Shown: piece by piece, positions 1 to 10,663 of the stretch
Numbering within the stretch: position 1 is the stretch's first letter
How the letters are laid out: the number at the start of each line of letters is the position of its first letter
Assembly: GCA_030610945.1 (NCBI GenBank)
Contig: JAUWQV010000002.1
Coordinates: 156,633-220,632, forward strand
DNA length: 64,000 nt
From: Methanocellales archaeon
Lineage (GTDB): Archaea; Halobacteriota; UBA148; JAUWXC01
Direction of reading: 5' to 3'
Notes under the pieces: generated by a model
The model's input: the letters and a program-made list of their open reading frames with translations, nothing else
Told to the model about the DNA's origin: nothing
The model's database searches: none
Program-made: the position numbers and the translations under genes

Positions 1-26
1 TCCTTAATTTCATATATGATGAAGAA

Positions 27-950
27 ATGTATACGCACAACCAAATAAAACTTAGCAAGTGCAGGTGCCCCATGACTTCACTAAAAGCATATGCATCGAT
101 TTTAGCAGCAGTACTCCTCTGGTCGGCGTCGTTCGTTCTTGTCAAGATTGGTTTGACAGAGGTGACGCCAATCTACCTGGCAGCGTTGCGATTCTCTTTT
201 GCCACGGTAATATTCGCGGGCTGTGCACTGGTAAAATTTGAGATGCACCAGATCAAGAGGTTCACGAAAGATAACTTTGCCACGTTATTTGCCCTTGGCA
301 TCGTGGGCGTCACGCTCCCGAACATATCGCAGAATCTCGGCATGCGCTATATAACGGCATCCATGTCGAGCATTCTGCAGAACAGCAGTCCTGCATTCAC
401 GTTGATCTTGGCGGCGATATTCCTGCATGAGTCACTTGGTCATAGAAAAGTGTCCGGCTTGGTACTCTCGTTGTTAGGCGTCACCATCATCTCGCTCAAT
501 GGCAGTTTTTCACTCCCTAGAGATTCAATGGCAGTCTATGGCAATCTGATGCTAATCTTCTCGGCGGTGTGTTACTCGATCTACACCATCATCGGCAAAA
601 AGATCGTTGTAAATAATAGCCCCCTACTCATATTGGCAGTCAGCACGCTTATAGGGACAATGCTATTAAACTTGATTTCCATAACAGTCGAGCCCATAGA
701 GCTCGCGTATTCGATGAACGTATGGAGTATCGTACTGGGACTGTCAATTCCCTGCACCGTTATTGGAACCTTGTTGTATTTTGAAGCGCTCAAGGAGTTG
801 GAGGCATCAAAGACGAATTTCTTCACATTTCTTATACCCATGTTCGCAATCATTCAGGCATCAGTGTTCCTATCAGAGCGAATTTATCCGTACCAAATAG
901 GATGCGGTGTTTTGGTTATATTCGGAATATGGCTTGCGCAGACGGAGTAA
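27..950 (+). CDS. EamA/DMT-family permease (about 10 TM)
   Basis: The 307-aa ORF is hydrophobic throughout and has two EamA-like halves (LLWSASFVLVKIGL... and ...YPYQIGCGVLVIFGIW). Confidence 0.8.
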   Translation: MYTHNQIKLSKCRCPMTSLKAYASILAAVLLWSASFVLVKIGLTEVTPIYLAALRFSFATVIFAGCALVKFEMHQIKRFTKDNFATLFALGIVGVTLPNISQNLGMRYITASMSSILQNSSPAFTLILAAIFLHESLGHRKVSGLVLSLLGVTIISLNGSFSLPRDSMAVYGNLMLIFSAVCYSIYTIIGKKIVVNNSPLLILAVSTLIGTMLLNLISITVEPIELAYSMNVWSIVLGLSIPCTVIGTLLYFEALKELEASKTNFFTFLIPMFAIIQASVFLSERIYPYQIGCGVLVIFGIWLAQTE

Positions 951-952
951 AA

Positions 953-2089
953 TCATTCCACTTTGATGACTTTATATTCCATCGAGCCCAATTCAAGTTT
1001 TTCCGCCGCCTCTAATTGATGCCGAGAGTGCGTCCACTCAAAGACGCTGTGGAATTTATCTTCGCCGTTCTGCGCCATTGAATTCGGGAGTATTGGCGCT
1101 TGATTCACCATGTCTACCGACGCTTTATCGATCGCGAGTATGTCATCCGAGGCAAGAATGCCCAAGTCAGGCACAATGGGGTTGTCCGAGTAAGGACAGC
1201 AGTCGCAGTGTGGCGTGATGTCGAGCAAGAAGTTCACATATCTAAAATTCTCCTTTCCGACACAGTCAATGACTGCCTTGGCACAATCCACGAATCGCTC
1301 GGAAAGGTCCCGGGACGAAACCCAATTGAGAGGTATGGCGCCATCTTTGCATACCTCGGCGCACCCCTGACAGCGGACGCACTTTTTAGGGTCTATCCCC
1401 CAGTCTTTTATGGCGTCAACCGGGCATATCTCGACGCAGGCGCCGCATTTTGTACAGCGCCCGGGGTCGATCGCCGGAGGCTCGCGAATATGCAGGTCGT
1501 ATTTGGATGTCTTTGCAACGCAACCAACGCCTATGCTCTTCAGCGCACCACCAAAACCGCTGTTCATATGTCCCTTGAAATGCGCCAGCGAAATCACCTT
1601 ATCCGCCTCTGCAATGTGCTTTGCTACATATGCCCTTTTAAGCTGAATACCGTTGACACTCACTTCTACACCATCAAGACCTTTTAGACCGTCAGCGATG
1701 ATAATCGGTGCAGATAGCGTTTGAGATGTATACCCGTTTTCCTCGGCAGTTGCAATCTTACTCACGGCAAAGCTCCTTTCTCTGGTCATTCCCAGCCCTG
1801 TCGTCTCGGTCACGAAGGGCATACCGCCTTTGTCCTTCACCATCTGAGCAACCTTTCTGATGAATACCGGACGCAGTGATTTAGTCGTCCCATGGATGCC
1901 AAAATGGGTTTTGATTGCGACCTGGTCGCCTTTTGAGATGTTATCCAGAATGCCGCTCTTTAACATCAAGCGCTCCAGCTTGCTGACAGCACTGAGCTTT
2001 GGCTGGTACCATCTGTCTGGCTGGTCAACTGGCGCCCTGGAGTCGGTGAAATATACCTGCGATATGGTCATTATGTCAAAATAAGACAA
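953..2089 (-). CDS. DUF362-type Fe-S protein with a 2x[4Fe-4S] ferredoxin insert
   Basis: The 378-aa ORF carries two CxxCxxCxxxCP-type motifs (CTKCGACVEICP and CVRCQGCAEVC). The N-terminal part resembles DUF362/COG2768. Confidence 0.7.
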   Translation of the reverse strand: MSYFDIMTISQVYFTDSRAPVDQPDRWYQPKLSAVSKLERLMLKSGILDNISKGDQVAIKTHFGIHGTTKSLRPVFIRKVAQMVKDKGGMPFVTETTGLGMTRERSFAVSKIATAEENGYTSQTLSAPIIIADGLKGLDGVEVSVNGIQLKRAYVAKHIAEADKVISLAHFKGHMNSGFGGALKSIGVGCVAKTSKYDLHIREPPAIDPGRCTKCGACVEICPVDAIKDWGIDPKKCVRCQGCAEVCKDGAIPLNWVSSRDLSERFVDCAKAVIDCVGKENFRYVNFLLDITPHCDCCPYSDNPIVPDLGILASDDILAIDKASVDMVNQAPILPNSMAQNGEDKFHSVFEWTHSRHQLEAAEKLELGSMEYKVIKVE

Positions 2090-2104
2090 GTATGATACAA
2101 AACG

Positions 2105-2686
2105 TTAATGGTGGAATTTTCTGCATACTTTCAAAAAATTCTGAAGCAGGTCTTCTCCATGCTCGGTATGTGACACTTCTGGGTGCCACTGCACACCGTA
2201 GAGCGGTTTCTTGATATGTTTCATGGCTTCTACCTCGCATACATCTGAGCGCGCCAATAATGTGAAATCCTCTGGCAAAATGCTCACCTCGTCGGCGTGA
2301 GATGCCCATGTTTTTATGGCAGGCGGAAAACCCTTAAATATGTCATTTTCATCAAGAATTTTAACCGTCACCTCTGCATACTCGCCATACTTGCCTTTGC
2401 GCACCTTACCGCCAAAGGTATGCGCCATCAGTTGATGCCCCAGGCAGATGCCCATGATTGGCAAATCAATACTGCGCACATATTCCGCACAATTGCCTAC
2501 CTGCTCTAAAGAGGGGGCCCCACTGAGAACTAATCCATCGGGTTCCTTCTTCAGAATATCCTCTACACGCAACTCGTTGCTTACCAGCGAACTTTTCGCG
2601 CCGAAGTCCCGCATTGCCCTGTGAATCAGGTGGCAGAACTGCCCGTAATTGTTTATGACCAGAATTTTAAGATTCGTAAGATTCAT
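2105..2686 (-). CDS. guaAA: GMP synthase (glutamine-hydrolysing) subunit A, class-I amidotransferase
   Basis: The ORF is 193 aa. It has the catalytic GICLGHQL motif and a C-terminal [13 protein letters not shown] motif. Its length fits the archaeal split GuaA. Confidence 0.85.
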   Translation of the reverse strand: MNLTNLKILVINNYGQFCHLIHRAMRDFGAKSSLVSNELRVEDILKKEPDGLVLSGAPSLEQVGNCAEYVRSIDLPIMGICLGHQLMAHTFGGKVRKGKYGEYAEVTVKILDENDIFKGFPPAIKTWASHADEVSILPEDFTLLARSDVCEVEAMKHIKKPLYGVQWHPEVSHTEHGEDLLQNFLKVCRKFHH

Positions 2687-2807
2687 GCGGAGATGACATC
2701 GGCAGTTATGGTACTTATAGGTTTTTTGAAATATGGTGCATCACTTTCGCTCTGCTATCATCAACCTTATTTATTATAACGCTGAGTTAAATGTGCCTCT
2801 CTAAATT

Positions 2808-3761
2808 GTGAAACAAGAGGCTAGGGGTATAGATATGGTAAAAGATATTGCAGAGCAGTTGAAATCTCGTTTTTCTGAGATGGGGCTCGATGTCCCATTA
2901 GAGGATATTGAATCGAAACTGGACGAACTTACCAATAAATTTGGGGTACCAGTTGATGAAGCAAAAAGAAGCGTTGTTAGCCAATATTTGAAGGAGTCAA
3001 ACATACCGAGAGGCGAGTTTTATGGGAAGGACTCAAGTCCCGTTAAGGTCAGGGATATATCCTCTGAAGGCCAGTGGGTTGGCCTTAAGGCAAAGGTTAT
3101 CCAACTTTGGCAGTCTGAGAGCGATAGTATAGCACAGGTTGGCTTGATAGGCGACGAAACTGGAACAATCAAATTCGTGAACTGGGCAAAATCAGCTCGC
3201 CCCCTGGTTGAAGAGGGCAAGTGCTACGTATTCAAGAACGTGGTAACGGATTCGTGGCAGGGAAGATTCCAAGTCAATTTCAATAAGAACACCGAAATTC
3301 AGGAAATAGAAGAGGATATCGAGGTCGGGTCTTCTGTAGAGGATATTACTGGTGCCATTGTTGACATTCAATCCGGCTCTGGCCTGATAAAAAGGTGCGA
3401 ATCGTGCAACAGAGCCCTTATCAAAGGCTCCTGCGGCGAGCACGGAAAGGTCGAAGGAAAGTATGACCTACGAGTGAAGGCGGTCATAGATGATGGAAAA
3501 ATTGTGCGAGATGCTATTCTGAACAGGGAAATTACCGAGAAGTTGACGGGTATCACATTAGATGCAGCAAAAAAGATAGCGGAAGAGGCGCTGGATCCGT
3601 CCAAGGTTGTAGATGTGATTACAGAACAGTTAATGGGGCACTATTATAGAGTTAAAGGACCCAAGGTTGGTCGCTATATCTTGGTGGAGGAAATGGAAAG
3701 AGCGGTTCCTGTCTCAGATGGAGATATCCAAGACGCAATTGCCATGGCGGAGGGGTTGTAA
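2808..3761 (+). CDS. rpa: Replication protein A (OB-fold ssDNA-binding protein with Zn ribbon)
   Basis: The ORF is 317 aa with an OB-fold-like core and a CESCNRAL..GSCGEHG zinc ribbon. The track start is GTG. An ATG at 2835 (MVKDIAEQL) with a purine-rich stretch upstream is a plausible true start. Confidence 0.8.
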   Translation: MKQEARGIDMVKDIAEQLKSRFSEMGLDVPLEDIESKLDELTNKFGVPVDEAKRSVVSQYLKESNIPRGEFYGKDSSPVKVRDISSEGQWVGLKAKVIQLWQSESDSIAQVGLIGDETGTIKFVNWAKSARPLVEEGKCYVFKNVVTDSWQGRFQVNFNKNTEIQEIEEDIEVGSSVEDITGAIVDIQSGSGLIKRCESCNRALIKGSCGEHGKVEGKYDLRVKAVIDDGKIVRDAILNREITEKLTGITLDAAKKIAEEALDPSKVVDVITEQLMGHYYRVKGPKVGRYILVEEMERAVPVSDGDIQDAIAMAEGL

Positions 3762-4390
3762 TGTTAGAACGAGAAGTGGCTAAACGGATATTTGCTCAAG
3801 AATATAATGAATCCAATTTGACGTTCAAGGAAAGTGACGACCAGTACGCGCCACTATATCTGTTGACACCGACTGGCGCGAGATGCAACCGGGTCTTCAT
3901 CGCTGGTACATTGACCGAAAAGGAAGATATCGGGGAGTCTGCAGAGCACTGGCGTGCTAGGGTAGCAGATCCAACTGGCGTCTTCACAATTTATGCCGGA
4001 CAGTACCAGCCAGAAGCGGCGCAGATGCTGTGTTCAATCGAGCCACCGCAATTCATCGCAGTCGTTGGTAAAACGAACACCTACGACACCGGCGAAAGCA
4101 TCATCACATCGATTAGGCCCGAATCCATACAGGTGATTGATGCTGAAACTCGGGACAGATGGATCATTGAAACAGCCAAGCATACTTTAGAGCGTATCGC
4201 AGCGCTTGGGAACGATGACCCAGATGCCACAAAGGCGAAAGAGCATTATTCACCTGACTTAGAACAATACAAGCAAATGGTGTTGCAGGCACTCAAGTCC
4301 ATAGGCACGAGACAGACCGTGGAGGAGAAGCCTGAGAAGGACGATGCAGAGAAGGTAGGGTTTGAAGTAATGGACCTGAGCAAGACCTAG
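3761..4390 (+). CDS. RPA-associated OB-fold protein (COG3390-like)
   Basis: The 209-aa ORF overlaps the rpa stop by 1 nt, suggesting translational coupling. This is the rpa-rpap gene order known from haloarchaea and methanogens. Confidence 0.6.
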   Translation: MLEREVAKRIFAQEYNESNLTFKESDDQYAPLYLLTPTGARCNRVFIAGTLTEKEDIGESAEHWRARVADPTGVFTIYAGQYQPEAAQMLCSIEPPQFIAVVGKTNTYDTGESIITSIRPESIQVIDAETRDRWIIETAKHTLERIAALGNDDPDATKAKEHYSPDLEQYKQMVLQALKSIGTRQTVEEKPEKDDAEKVGFEVMDLSKT

Positions 4391-4410
4391 ATTGTTTGTG
4401 GAGGGGGACA

Positions 4411-4848
4411 ATGGATTTCGCAATAGGAGCGCTCATAATCGGGATTTTCGTTGCCTTAATAATAGGTTACTATTTTGGAAGAAAAATCGTCGCAAGCGAG
4501 TACAAAGCCAGATTTGAGGAGTGGGTGCTCCAAAAGGAGCGTGAGATACGCGATGATGCGGTCAGAAGAAGTAGGTTGGTTCTTGGAGGCAAATTCAGCG
4601 AGCAATTGGCACCATACCTACCTGATTTCAAGTATGACCCCACGGACGCTAGATTCATCGGCACACCCATAGACATGCTCGTCTTTAAGGGTTTGTCAGC
4701 AAATGCCCCCGAAGAGATTATAATGCTCGAGATAAAAAGTGGAGAGGCGGGGCTTTCTCAACAAGAAAAGAAGATTAAAGAACTTGTGGAAAATAAGAAA
4801 GTCAGGTGGGAGTTGTATAGAGTCCCCAGCGACCTGACAAAACCTTAG
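4411..4848 (+). CDS. Membrane-anchored nuclease related to the archaeal Holliday-junction resolvase (Endonuc_Holl-like)
   Basis: It has an N-terminal TM helix (FAIGALIIGIFVALIIGYYF) and then the motifs DARFIGTPIDMLVF...EIKSG. The ATG at 4411 is preceded by GGAGGGGG. The track ORF starts at a TTG at 4396. Confidence 0.5.
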   Translation: MDFAIGALIIGIFVALIIGYYFGRKIVASEYKARFEEWVLQKEREIRDDAVRRSRLVLGGKFSEQLAPYLPDFKYDPTDARFIGTPIDMLVFKGLSANAPEEIIMLEIKSGEAGLSQQEKKIKELVENKKVRWELYRVPSDLTKP

Positions 4849-4940
4849 ATCAAATCGAAGATGAATGGAAATTGGCATTTTAGGAAGGTTTTTATACACC
4901 ACACTTACACTTTAATAATGGCAACATTTGGGGTGATTGA

Positions 4941-6740
4941 ATGGCTGGATTAATGGGAAAAATTTTGAGAGTGAACCTTTCGAGCGGGAACGTTCGAGAG
5001 GAAATGATATCCAAAGACATTGCGAGAGCGTACATTGGCGGCAGAGGACTTGCATCCAAGATATTATATGATGAGGTGGACCCAAAAACGGACGCGCTTA
5101 GCCCTAAGAACAAACTGATTTTTGCAGTCGGACCGTTGGCAGGGACATCCGCACCGGCACCATCCAGATACGAAGTTGTAACGAAATCACCACTGACTGG
5201 AACTATCGCAGGGGCAAATTGCGGCGGATTCTTTGGTGCAGAACTGAAGAAAACTGGATTCGACGCGATTGTAATCGAGGGCAAAGCGGACAAGCCAGTC
5301 TACTTGTGGGTAAATGATGGAAAGGCAGAGATAAAAGACGCAGGATATCTCTGGGGCAAGAACACACACGAGACAACCGACATGATAGTCAAGGAACTTG
5401 GAGATGAAAAGGTAAGCGTTGCCTGCATTGGACCGGCAGGAGAAAATCTTGTGAGGTTTGCATGCGTGATAAGCGATAAGCACAGAGCGTCAGGCCGGGG
5501 CGGCGTTGGAACGGTCATGGGTTCCAAGAGTTTGAAGGCTATTGCTGTCCGCGGAACAAAGAAGGTCGAAATCGCAAAGCCTGATGCATTCGAAAAGGCT
5601 GTGAAAGATTGCATCAAGAAGCTCAAGGATAACCCAATCACTGGACAAGGGCTTCCAACATATGGAAGTGCCATTCTGGTAAACATAATAAATCAAAGTG
5701 GAATATTTCCCACGAGGAACTTTCAGACAGGCGTTTTTGAAGGCGCTGAGAAGATAAGCGGGGAAACAATGAAGGACACGATTCTTGTTAAGAACAAGGC
5801 GTGTCACGGTTGTCCAATCGTTTGCGGCAGAGTAACCGAGGTCAAAGGAAAGTACGCTGGCAAGGGAGAAGGTCCTGAATATGAGACCATATGGGCGTTT
5901 GGCGCACAGTGCGGCGTAGATAATCTCGAGGCAATTGCGAAGGCAAACTACCTCTGCAACGAACTCGGCATTGACACGATTACAATGGGCAACACGATTG
6001 GGTGTGCGATGGAACTCTCCGAGAAAGAGTATCTCCCTGAGAAAGATGTGGGGATGAGGCTCACTTTTGGAGATGCAGATGCAATCGTTGAATTGACCAA
6101 GAAAACCGCATATAGAGACGGCTTTGGAGACGTTCTGGCAGAGGGGTCGTACAATCTTGCGGAGAAATACGGCCATCCTGAATTATCAATGAGTGTCAAG
6201 AAGCAAGAACTGCCTGCATACGACCCAAGAGGGGTGCAGGGACACGGACTCGAGTACGCAACATCCAACAGGGGCGGCTGTCACGTTAGGGGTTATATGA
6301 TTGCACCCGAGATTCTTGGCGTTCCAGAGAAACTCGATCCTCTGGTCACAGAAGGTAAAGCCGGGTGGACCAAGACGTTCCAAGATTTGACATCAGTTGT
6401 GGATTCGTGCAACATATGCCTGTTCACGACTTTTGCGCTGGGCGCAGACGATCTTGCGGCATTGCTATCCGCAGCGACAGGATTTGACTACACCACTGAA
6501 GAAGTTATGAAGGCAGGAGAGAGAATCTGGAACATGGAACGACTGTACAATATACGGGCTGGATTTGGCAGAAACGACGACACGTTGCCAGAGAGGTTGT
6601 TGAAGGAGAAGATGCCGGAAGGTGCAGCAAAAGGACATGTCTGGGAAAGAGATGCACTGTTAGGCGAGTACTACAAGGTCAGAGGCTGGGACAAGAACGG
6701 AGTCCCAACAAAAGACAAACTGAGGGAGCTTGGTTTATAA
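4941..6740 (+). CDS. aor: Tungsten-containing aldehyde:ferredoxin oxidoreductase
   Basis: The ORF is 599 aa with an AOR N-terminal signature (GKILRVNLSSG...YIGGRGLASKILYDEV), conserved CHGCPIVCGR cluster cysteines and a C-terminal WDKNGVPT motif. Confidence 0.95.
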   Translation: MAGLMGKILRVNLSSGNVREEMISKDIARAYIGGRGLASKILYDEVDPKTDALSPKNKLIFAVGPLAGTSAPAPSRYEVVTKSPLTGTIAGANCGGFFGAELKKTGFDAIVIEGKADKPVYLWVNDGKAEIKDAGYLWGKNTHETTDMIVKELGDEKVSVACIGPAGENLVRFACVISDKHRASGRGGVGTVMGSKSLKAIAVRGTKKVEIAKPDAFEKAVKDCIKKLKDNPITGQGLPTYGSAILVNIINQSGIFPTRNFQTGVFEGAEKISGETMKDTILVKNKACHGCPIVCGRVTEVKGKYAGKGEGPEYETIWAFGAQCGVDNLEAIAKANYLCNELGIDTITMGNTIGCAMELSEKEYLPEKDVGMRLTFGDADAIVELTKKTAYRDGFGDVLAEGSYNLAEKYGHPELSMSVKKQELPAYDPRGVQGHGLEYATSNRGGCHVRGYMIAPEILGVPEKLDPLVTEGKAGWTKTFQDLTSVVDSCNICLFTTFALGADDLAALLSAATGFDYTTEEVMKAGERIWNMERLYNIRAGFGRNDDTLPERLLKEKMPEGAAKGHVWERDALLGEYYKVRGWDKNGVPTKDKLRELGL

Positions 6741-6785
6741 AACCATCCCCCTCTTTTTTATTTTTTAGATACGCATGGACAAACA

Positions 6786-7073
6786 ATGGTCAAAGTAAAA
6801 TTTTTTGCGACATTCAGGGAAGTGACGCAAGAGAAAGAAACTGAAGTTGAAGCGTACAGCGTAGAAGAGCTCCTGCACAAACTCGTGGATAAATATGGTA
6901 AAAAATTTGAGAAACTCGTCTTTGAAAAGGATGAAATTCCAACGGAATTGAAACTCCGCGATTATGTCAAGATTCTCGCCAATGGAAGAAACATAGAGCA
7001 TCTTGACAAACTGAAAACCAGATTAAAAAATGATGACATAGTCGCGATATTTCCACCAGTGGGAGGAGGGTGA
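6786..7073 (+). CDS. MoaD/ThiS-family ubiquitin-like small modifier or sulfur carrier (SAMP-like)
   Basis: The 95-aa ORF ends in ...FPPVGGG, the beta-grasp diglycine terminus. It overlaps the next gene by 4 nt. Confidence 0.85.
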   Translation: MVKVKFFATFREVTQEKETEVEAYSVEELLHKLVDKYGKKFEKLVFEKDEIPTELKLRDYVKILANGRNIEHLDKLKTRLKNDDIVAIFPPVGGG

Positions 7074-7804
7074 TGCTTACCGATAGAGACGTGGAAAGGT
7101 ATGGTAGGCAAATCCTGCTGGACCACATTGGCAGAAAAGGGCAGGAAAAACTGAAGAAGGCAAGAGTTGCCATCGTTGGTGCAGGCGGTCTTGGAACTGT
7201 TGCATCTCTTTATTTAGCCGCCGCTGGCATTGGAAAAATGACCATAATAGACTGCCAAGCCCCCGAGTTGAGCAATTTGAACAGGCAAGTGCTCCACTGG
7301 GAGTGCGATATTGGGAAGACGAATAAGGCAGAATCCGCCAAAGAGAAATTGTTATCGCTAAATTCCGATATTAAAATAGATGCCTTCGTCAAAAAGATAA
7401 CTACAGAAAACATTGACGTATTAAAAGATGCCAATATCATAGTAGATTGTCTTGATAACTTCAGCACGCGATATACCCTAAATGAGTTCTGCGTTAAAAA
7501 TCAAAAACCACTCGTGCACGCGGCAGTAGAGGGCTTTTATGGGCAACTAACAACGATTATCCCATCAAAGACACCGTGCCTCAAGTGCATATTCCCGAAA
7601 GTGACGGATAAAGAAATATTCCCAATAATGGGCGTCACTACAGGATTATTCGGTGCTTTAGAGGCAAACGAAGTTATCAAGTTGATTACGGGCGCAGGCG
7701 AGGTGTTGGCTGGAAAATTGCTTTTTTACGACCTTTTATCCAACAGCTTCGACATCATCGAGATAAAAAAGAACGAAAAATGCGAAGTCTGTGCAAACAT
7801 TTAA
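7070..7804 (+). CDS. E1-like adenylyltransferase (MoeB/ThiF/UbaA family)
   Basis: The ORF is 244 aa with RYGRQILL, a nucleotide loop VGAGGLGT, and two CxxC pairs (CLKC and CEVC). Confidence 0.9.
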   Translation: MMLTDRDVERYGRQILLDHIGRKGQEKLKKARVAIVGAGGLGTVASLYLAAAGIGKMTIIDCQAPELSNLNRQVLHWECDIGKTNKAESAKEKLLSLNSDIKIDAFVKKITTENIDVLKDANIIVDCLDNFSTRYTLNEFCVKNQKPLVHAAVEGFYGQLTTIIPSKTPCLKCIFPKVTDKEIFPIMGVTTGLFGALEANEVIKLITGAGEVLAGKLLFYDLLSNSFDIIEIKKNEKCEVCANI

Positions 7805-8394
7805 ACCAGGTCAAAAAAGAAATTATGCAATCTCGTATCTCGGGTTAACTCTGGATGGAATGCGAGCGCCACCAACTTATCCTGTTTCGCGGCAACGATA
7901 TATCCATTGCATTTAGCAAGTATCTCAACATTTTTTTCAACCTTTGTGATGGCTGGCGCTCTGATGAAGATCGCATTGAACGCTTTTTCACCTATGACTG
8001 GGATCTTGAGTGGGGTTTCAAACGACTCTCTCTGGCGGCCAAAGGCGTTCCTTGTTATATGAATATTCATCAACTCAAGCAGGAATTGATTTGTTTGCTC
8101 TACTTGTTTATCGCCATATCTGGCGAGCAGGATTAGGCCTGCGCACGTTCCAAGGATCGGTACGTCGCCCTTCGCAGCTGACTTAATCTCATCGGCGATT
8201 CCCTCCCTGTGCATCAGTCTACCAATCGTCGTGCTTTCTCCGCCAGGCAGGATAATGGCATCGCAACTCGGAATGATACCGGCGTGCTTTACTAAAACGG
8301 CTTCGCCACCGCCCCTTTCAGATAGTGCCCTCTCTGCCGCTTTTACGTGCTCTTCTACACTGCCCTGTATCGCGATGATGCCGACTCTCATCAA
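7801..8394 (-). CDS. pdxT: Pyridoxal 5'-phosphate synthase glutaminase subunit
   Basis: The ORF is 197 aa with VGIIAIQGSVEEH, GTCAGLILL and FHPELT motifs. It lies directly downstream of pdxS. Confidence 0.95.
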   Translation of the reverse strand: MMRVGIIAIQGSVEEHVKAAERALSERGGGEAVLVKHAGIIPSCDAIILPGGESTTIGRLMHREGIADEIKSAAKGDVPILGTCAGLILLARYGDKQVEQTNQFLLELMNIHITRNAFGRQRESFETPLKIPVIGEKAFNAIFIRAPAITKVEKNVEILAKCNGYIVAAKQDKLVALAFHPELTRDTRLHNFFFDLV

Positions 8395-8396
8395 AA

Positions 8397-9293
8397 CTAC
8401 CAGCCGCGGGTTTGTAGGGTCTCGCCCTCACTCAATGTATGAGTATCCAACCCTTTCATCGCACCGCCAAGTCCTTTAGAAATCTCGGCGAGTATCTCAG
8501 GCCTGTCGTAATTGTTTACCGCTTCAACAATGGCTTTGGCCATCTTTTCTGGGGACTCGGCCTTAAAAACACCTGATCCGACAAAAACACCATCCGCGCC
8601 CATCTTCATCATCAGCGCCGCATCCGCAGGTGTGGCGATGCCACCAGCAGCAAAATTCACCACAGGGAGACGCTGCATCTCTGCGGTTTCTTTTACAAGT
8701 TCAAATGGCGCATCGATATCACGTGCAACTCTTAATAGCTCCTCATCGGTCTTTCCTCTCAATTCTCTGATGGTGCCCATGATTGCCCTCATGTGTCTGA
8801 CGGCTTCTTTTACATCGCCAGTTCCCGCCTCGCCCTTCGTCCGGATCATTGCAGCCCCCTCGTTTATGCGCCGTAGCGCTTCTCCGAGATCTCGTGCACC
8901 GCACACAAAGGGGATGGTAAATCTAAGCTTATCAATGTGATACTTTTCGTCAGCAGGCGTCAGCACCTCAGACTCATCTATCGTGTCCACGCCTATGGCT
9001 TCGAGTATCTCCGCTTCGACGAAGTGCCCTATTCGTACCTTCGCCATTACCGGAATCGTGACGGCATCCATAATTTCCAGTATTACCGCTGGGTCAGCCA
9101 TCCTGGCAACTCCGCCAGCGGCCCTAATGTCAGCTGGCACGGCATGGAGCGCCATCACAGCCACAGCTCCAGCCTCTTCTGCAATTCTGGCTTGCTTGGC
9201 GTTGGTGACGTCCATAATGACGCCGCCCTTCTGCATCTTGGCAAAGCCTTTCTTGAGCAATTCGGTCCCATGTCGCAATTCTTCTAATTTCAT
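8397..9293 (-). CDS. pdxS: Pyridoxal 5'-phosphate synthase lyase subunit
   Basis: The 298-aa ORF shows highly conserved PdxS sequence ([37 protein letters not shown]). Confidence 0.97.
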   Translation of the reverse strand: MKLEELRHGTELLKKGFAKMQKGGVIMDVTNAKQARIAEEAGAVAVMALHAVPADIRAAGGVARMADPAVILEIMDAVTIPVMAKVRIGHFVEAEILEAIGVDTIDESEVLTPADEKYHIDKLRFTIPFVCGARDLGEALRRINEGAAMIRTKGEAGTGDVKEAVRHMRAIMGTIRELRGKTDEELLRVARDIDAPFELVKETAEMQRLPVVNFAAGGIATPADAALMMKMGADGVFVGSGVFKAESPEKMAKAIVEAVNNYDRPEILAEISKGLGGAMKGLDTHTLSEGETLQTRGW

Positions 9294-9352
9294 TGTGTCG
9301 CCCTTCTAAATTCGCTTCTCCTTTTAATATAGCTTAATTATAAAGTTGATGC

Positions 9353-10621
9353 TTATATACTAGGGTGCACATTCCCGCTCATTCTAATTAGTGGCTTAGA
9401 GATATGCCTCCTTGCAGAAGGAGGCACCTCATACAGTCCCAAATCTAGTTGCCCGTCGATAGGGACATACTCGGGTGTGTCAGCATGTGTTCCACACCTC
9501 TTGCACCTATACCCCTGATTGTGCCCGGCAGATTTCATTCTCTTTCCGCAGTCACAAACCGGGTTTTGTCTAATGAAGCGCCCTACAAGCGATGTGATTT
9601 CAATCTTTTCGAGATTGATTGTATGGTTCTTTGCAGCGCCGTAAACGGTTACTTTGTCGCCAACGCGTAGCTTTCGCACCACATCCCTGAAGTTTTTCGT
9701 TGGCTCATACGCTGCGCAGTCGATTTTATGCCCATTTTCTGCGATGGAGAAGATGACATGCCCTCCTTCAATCGTACGCGGTGGAGCGCTTACGACTCCT
9801 CCCAAGATATACGAACGCTCATCCTTTACTGAAGCCATTTCACCCTCCACGAGGTGCGCATCGGTACCCTGATTGGTCTTGAAGAGAATGTGCCGCCCCA
9901 CTGGCTCCGATTTAATCACCTCAAATGCCTTCTGAATCGCATCCACATCATCGCCCCGGATACCAAAGAGCACGGGACATGGTGAACTGGGCGAGAATAC
10001 GATTGTATTGTTGGCGAGGTCTACGGTGCCCCATGTCAGTGGATATGTTGCCCTGTTCGCATTGAATACCGATTCCTCGTCGATGTGCCTCGGGGTGCCG
10101 CATCGCTCTCTCTGTCGGTAGGCAATTAGTTCATGGGTATGGTCTTCCTCCAACGTTGCGCCTACCGCAGCCAGCGCACCGATAACCCCCCGCCCATTCT
10201 TAAATGCATGCACCTTGCCATATCTCCCAGCAAGATCAATCGCCTCTTTGATGCTGATGATGTCCTGTACCGCCCTTTTGGAAAACTCCTTTACTTCTTC
10301 AGGAATCTCATCCAAGATTACGATGCCAGGATTCGTGTTGGGGACATTAAACTCTGCCATCTCCTCCACGGTGCGAACAACAGTGTCTTCAATTCGCAGT
10401 GCGCAACCGCCCTTTTCCTCAAATTGAATAGCAACAGCACCATTCCCTCTTGTTTTATATCTGATGTTTGGATTCAGCCTCACCAACCTGGGGCAGCCGA
10501 TTAGTTGCCCATAATCTTGTAGCCGCTCCACTAATACTGTAGCCAAATATGTAGTGCACATGCCGTTTTTTGAGTCAGTATCGTCGATTCCAATATACAT
10601 TGTTGCTCCGAGTACCATCAC
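9353..10621 (-). CDS. tiaS: tRNA(Ile2) 2-agmatinylcytidine synthetase
   Basis: The ORF is 422 aa with the signature N-terminus MYIGIDDTDSKNGMCTTYLA, so the real start is possibly at 10600. It has a C-terminal Zn ribbon (CDCGKRMKSAG..YRCKRCG). Confidence 0.85.
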   Translation of the reverse strand: MMVLGATMYIGIDDTDSKNGMCTTYLATVLVERLQDYGQLIGCPRLVRLNPNIRYKTRGNGAVAIQFEEKGGCALRIEDTVVRTVEEMAEFNVPNTNPGIVILDEIPEEVKEFSKRAVQDIISIKEAIDLAGRYGKVHAFKNGRGVIGALAAVGATLEEDHTHELIAYRQRERCGTPRHIDEESVFNANRATYPLTWGTVDLANNTIVFSPSSPCPVLFGIRGDDVDAIQKAFEVIKSEPVGRHILFKTNQGTDAHLVEGEMASVKDERSYILGGVVSAPPRTIEGGHVIFSIAENGHKIDCAAYEPTKNFRDVVRKLRVGDKVTVYGAAKNHTINLEKIEITSLVGRFIRQNPVCDCGKRMKSAGHNQGYRCKRCGTHADTPEYVPIDGQLDLGLYEVPPSARRHISKPLIRMSGNVHPSI

Positions 10622-10663
10622 ACATAATATTATATAGAAGTATTGGATGAGTAATATAATAAG

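Noticed and set aside
5490-6176. 228-aa minus-strand ORF, plus several others between 4892 and 6383
   Set aside because: They are antisense to the aldehyde:ferredoxin oxidoreductase gene, whose identity is unambiguous.
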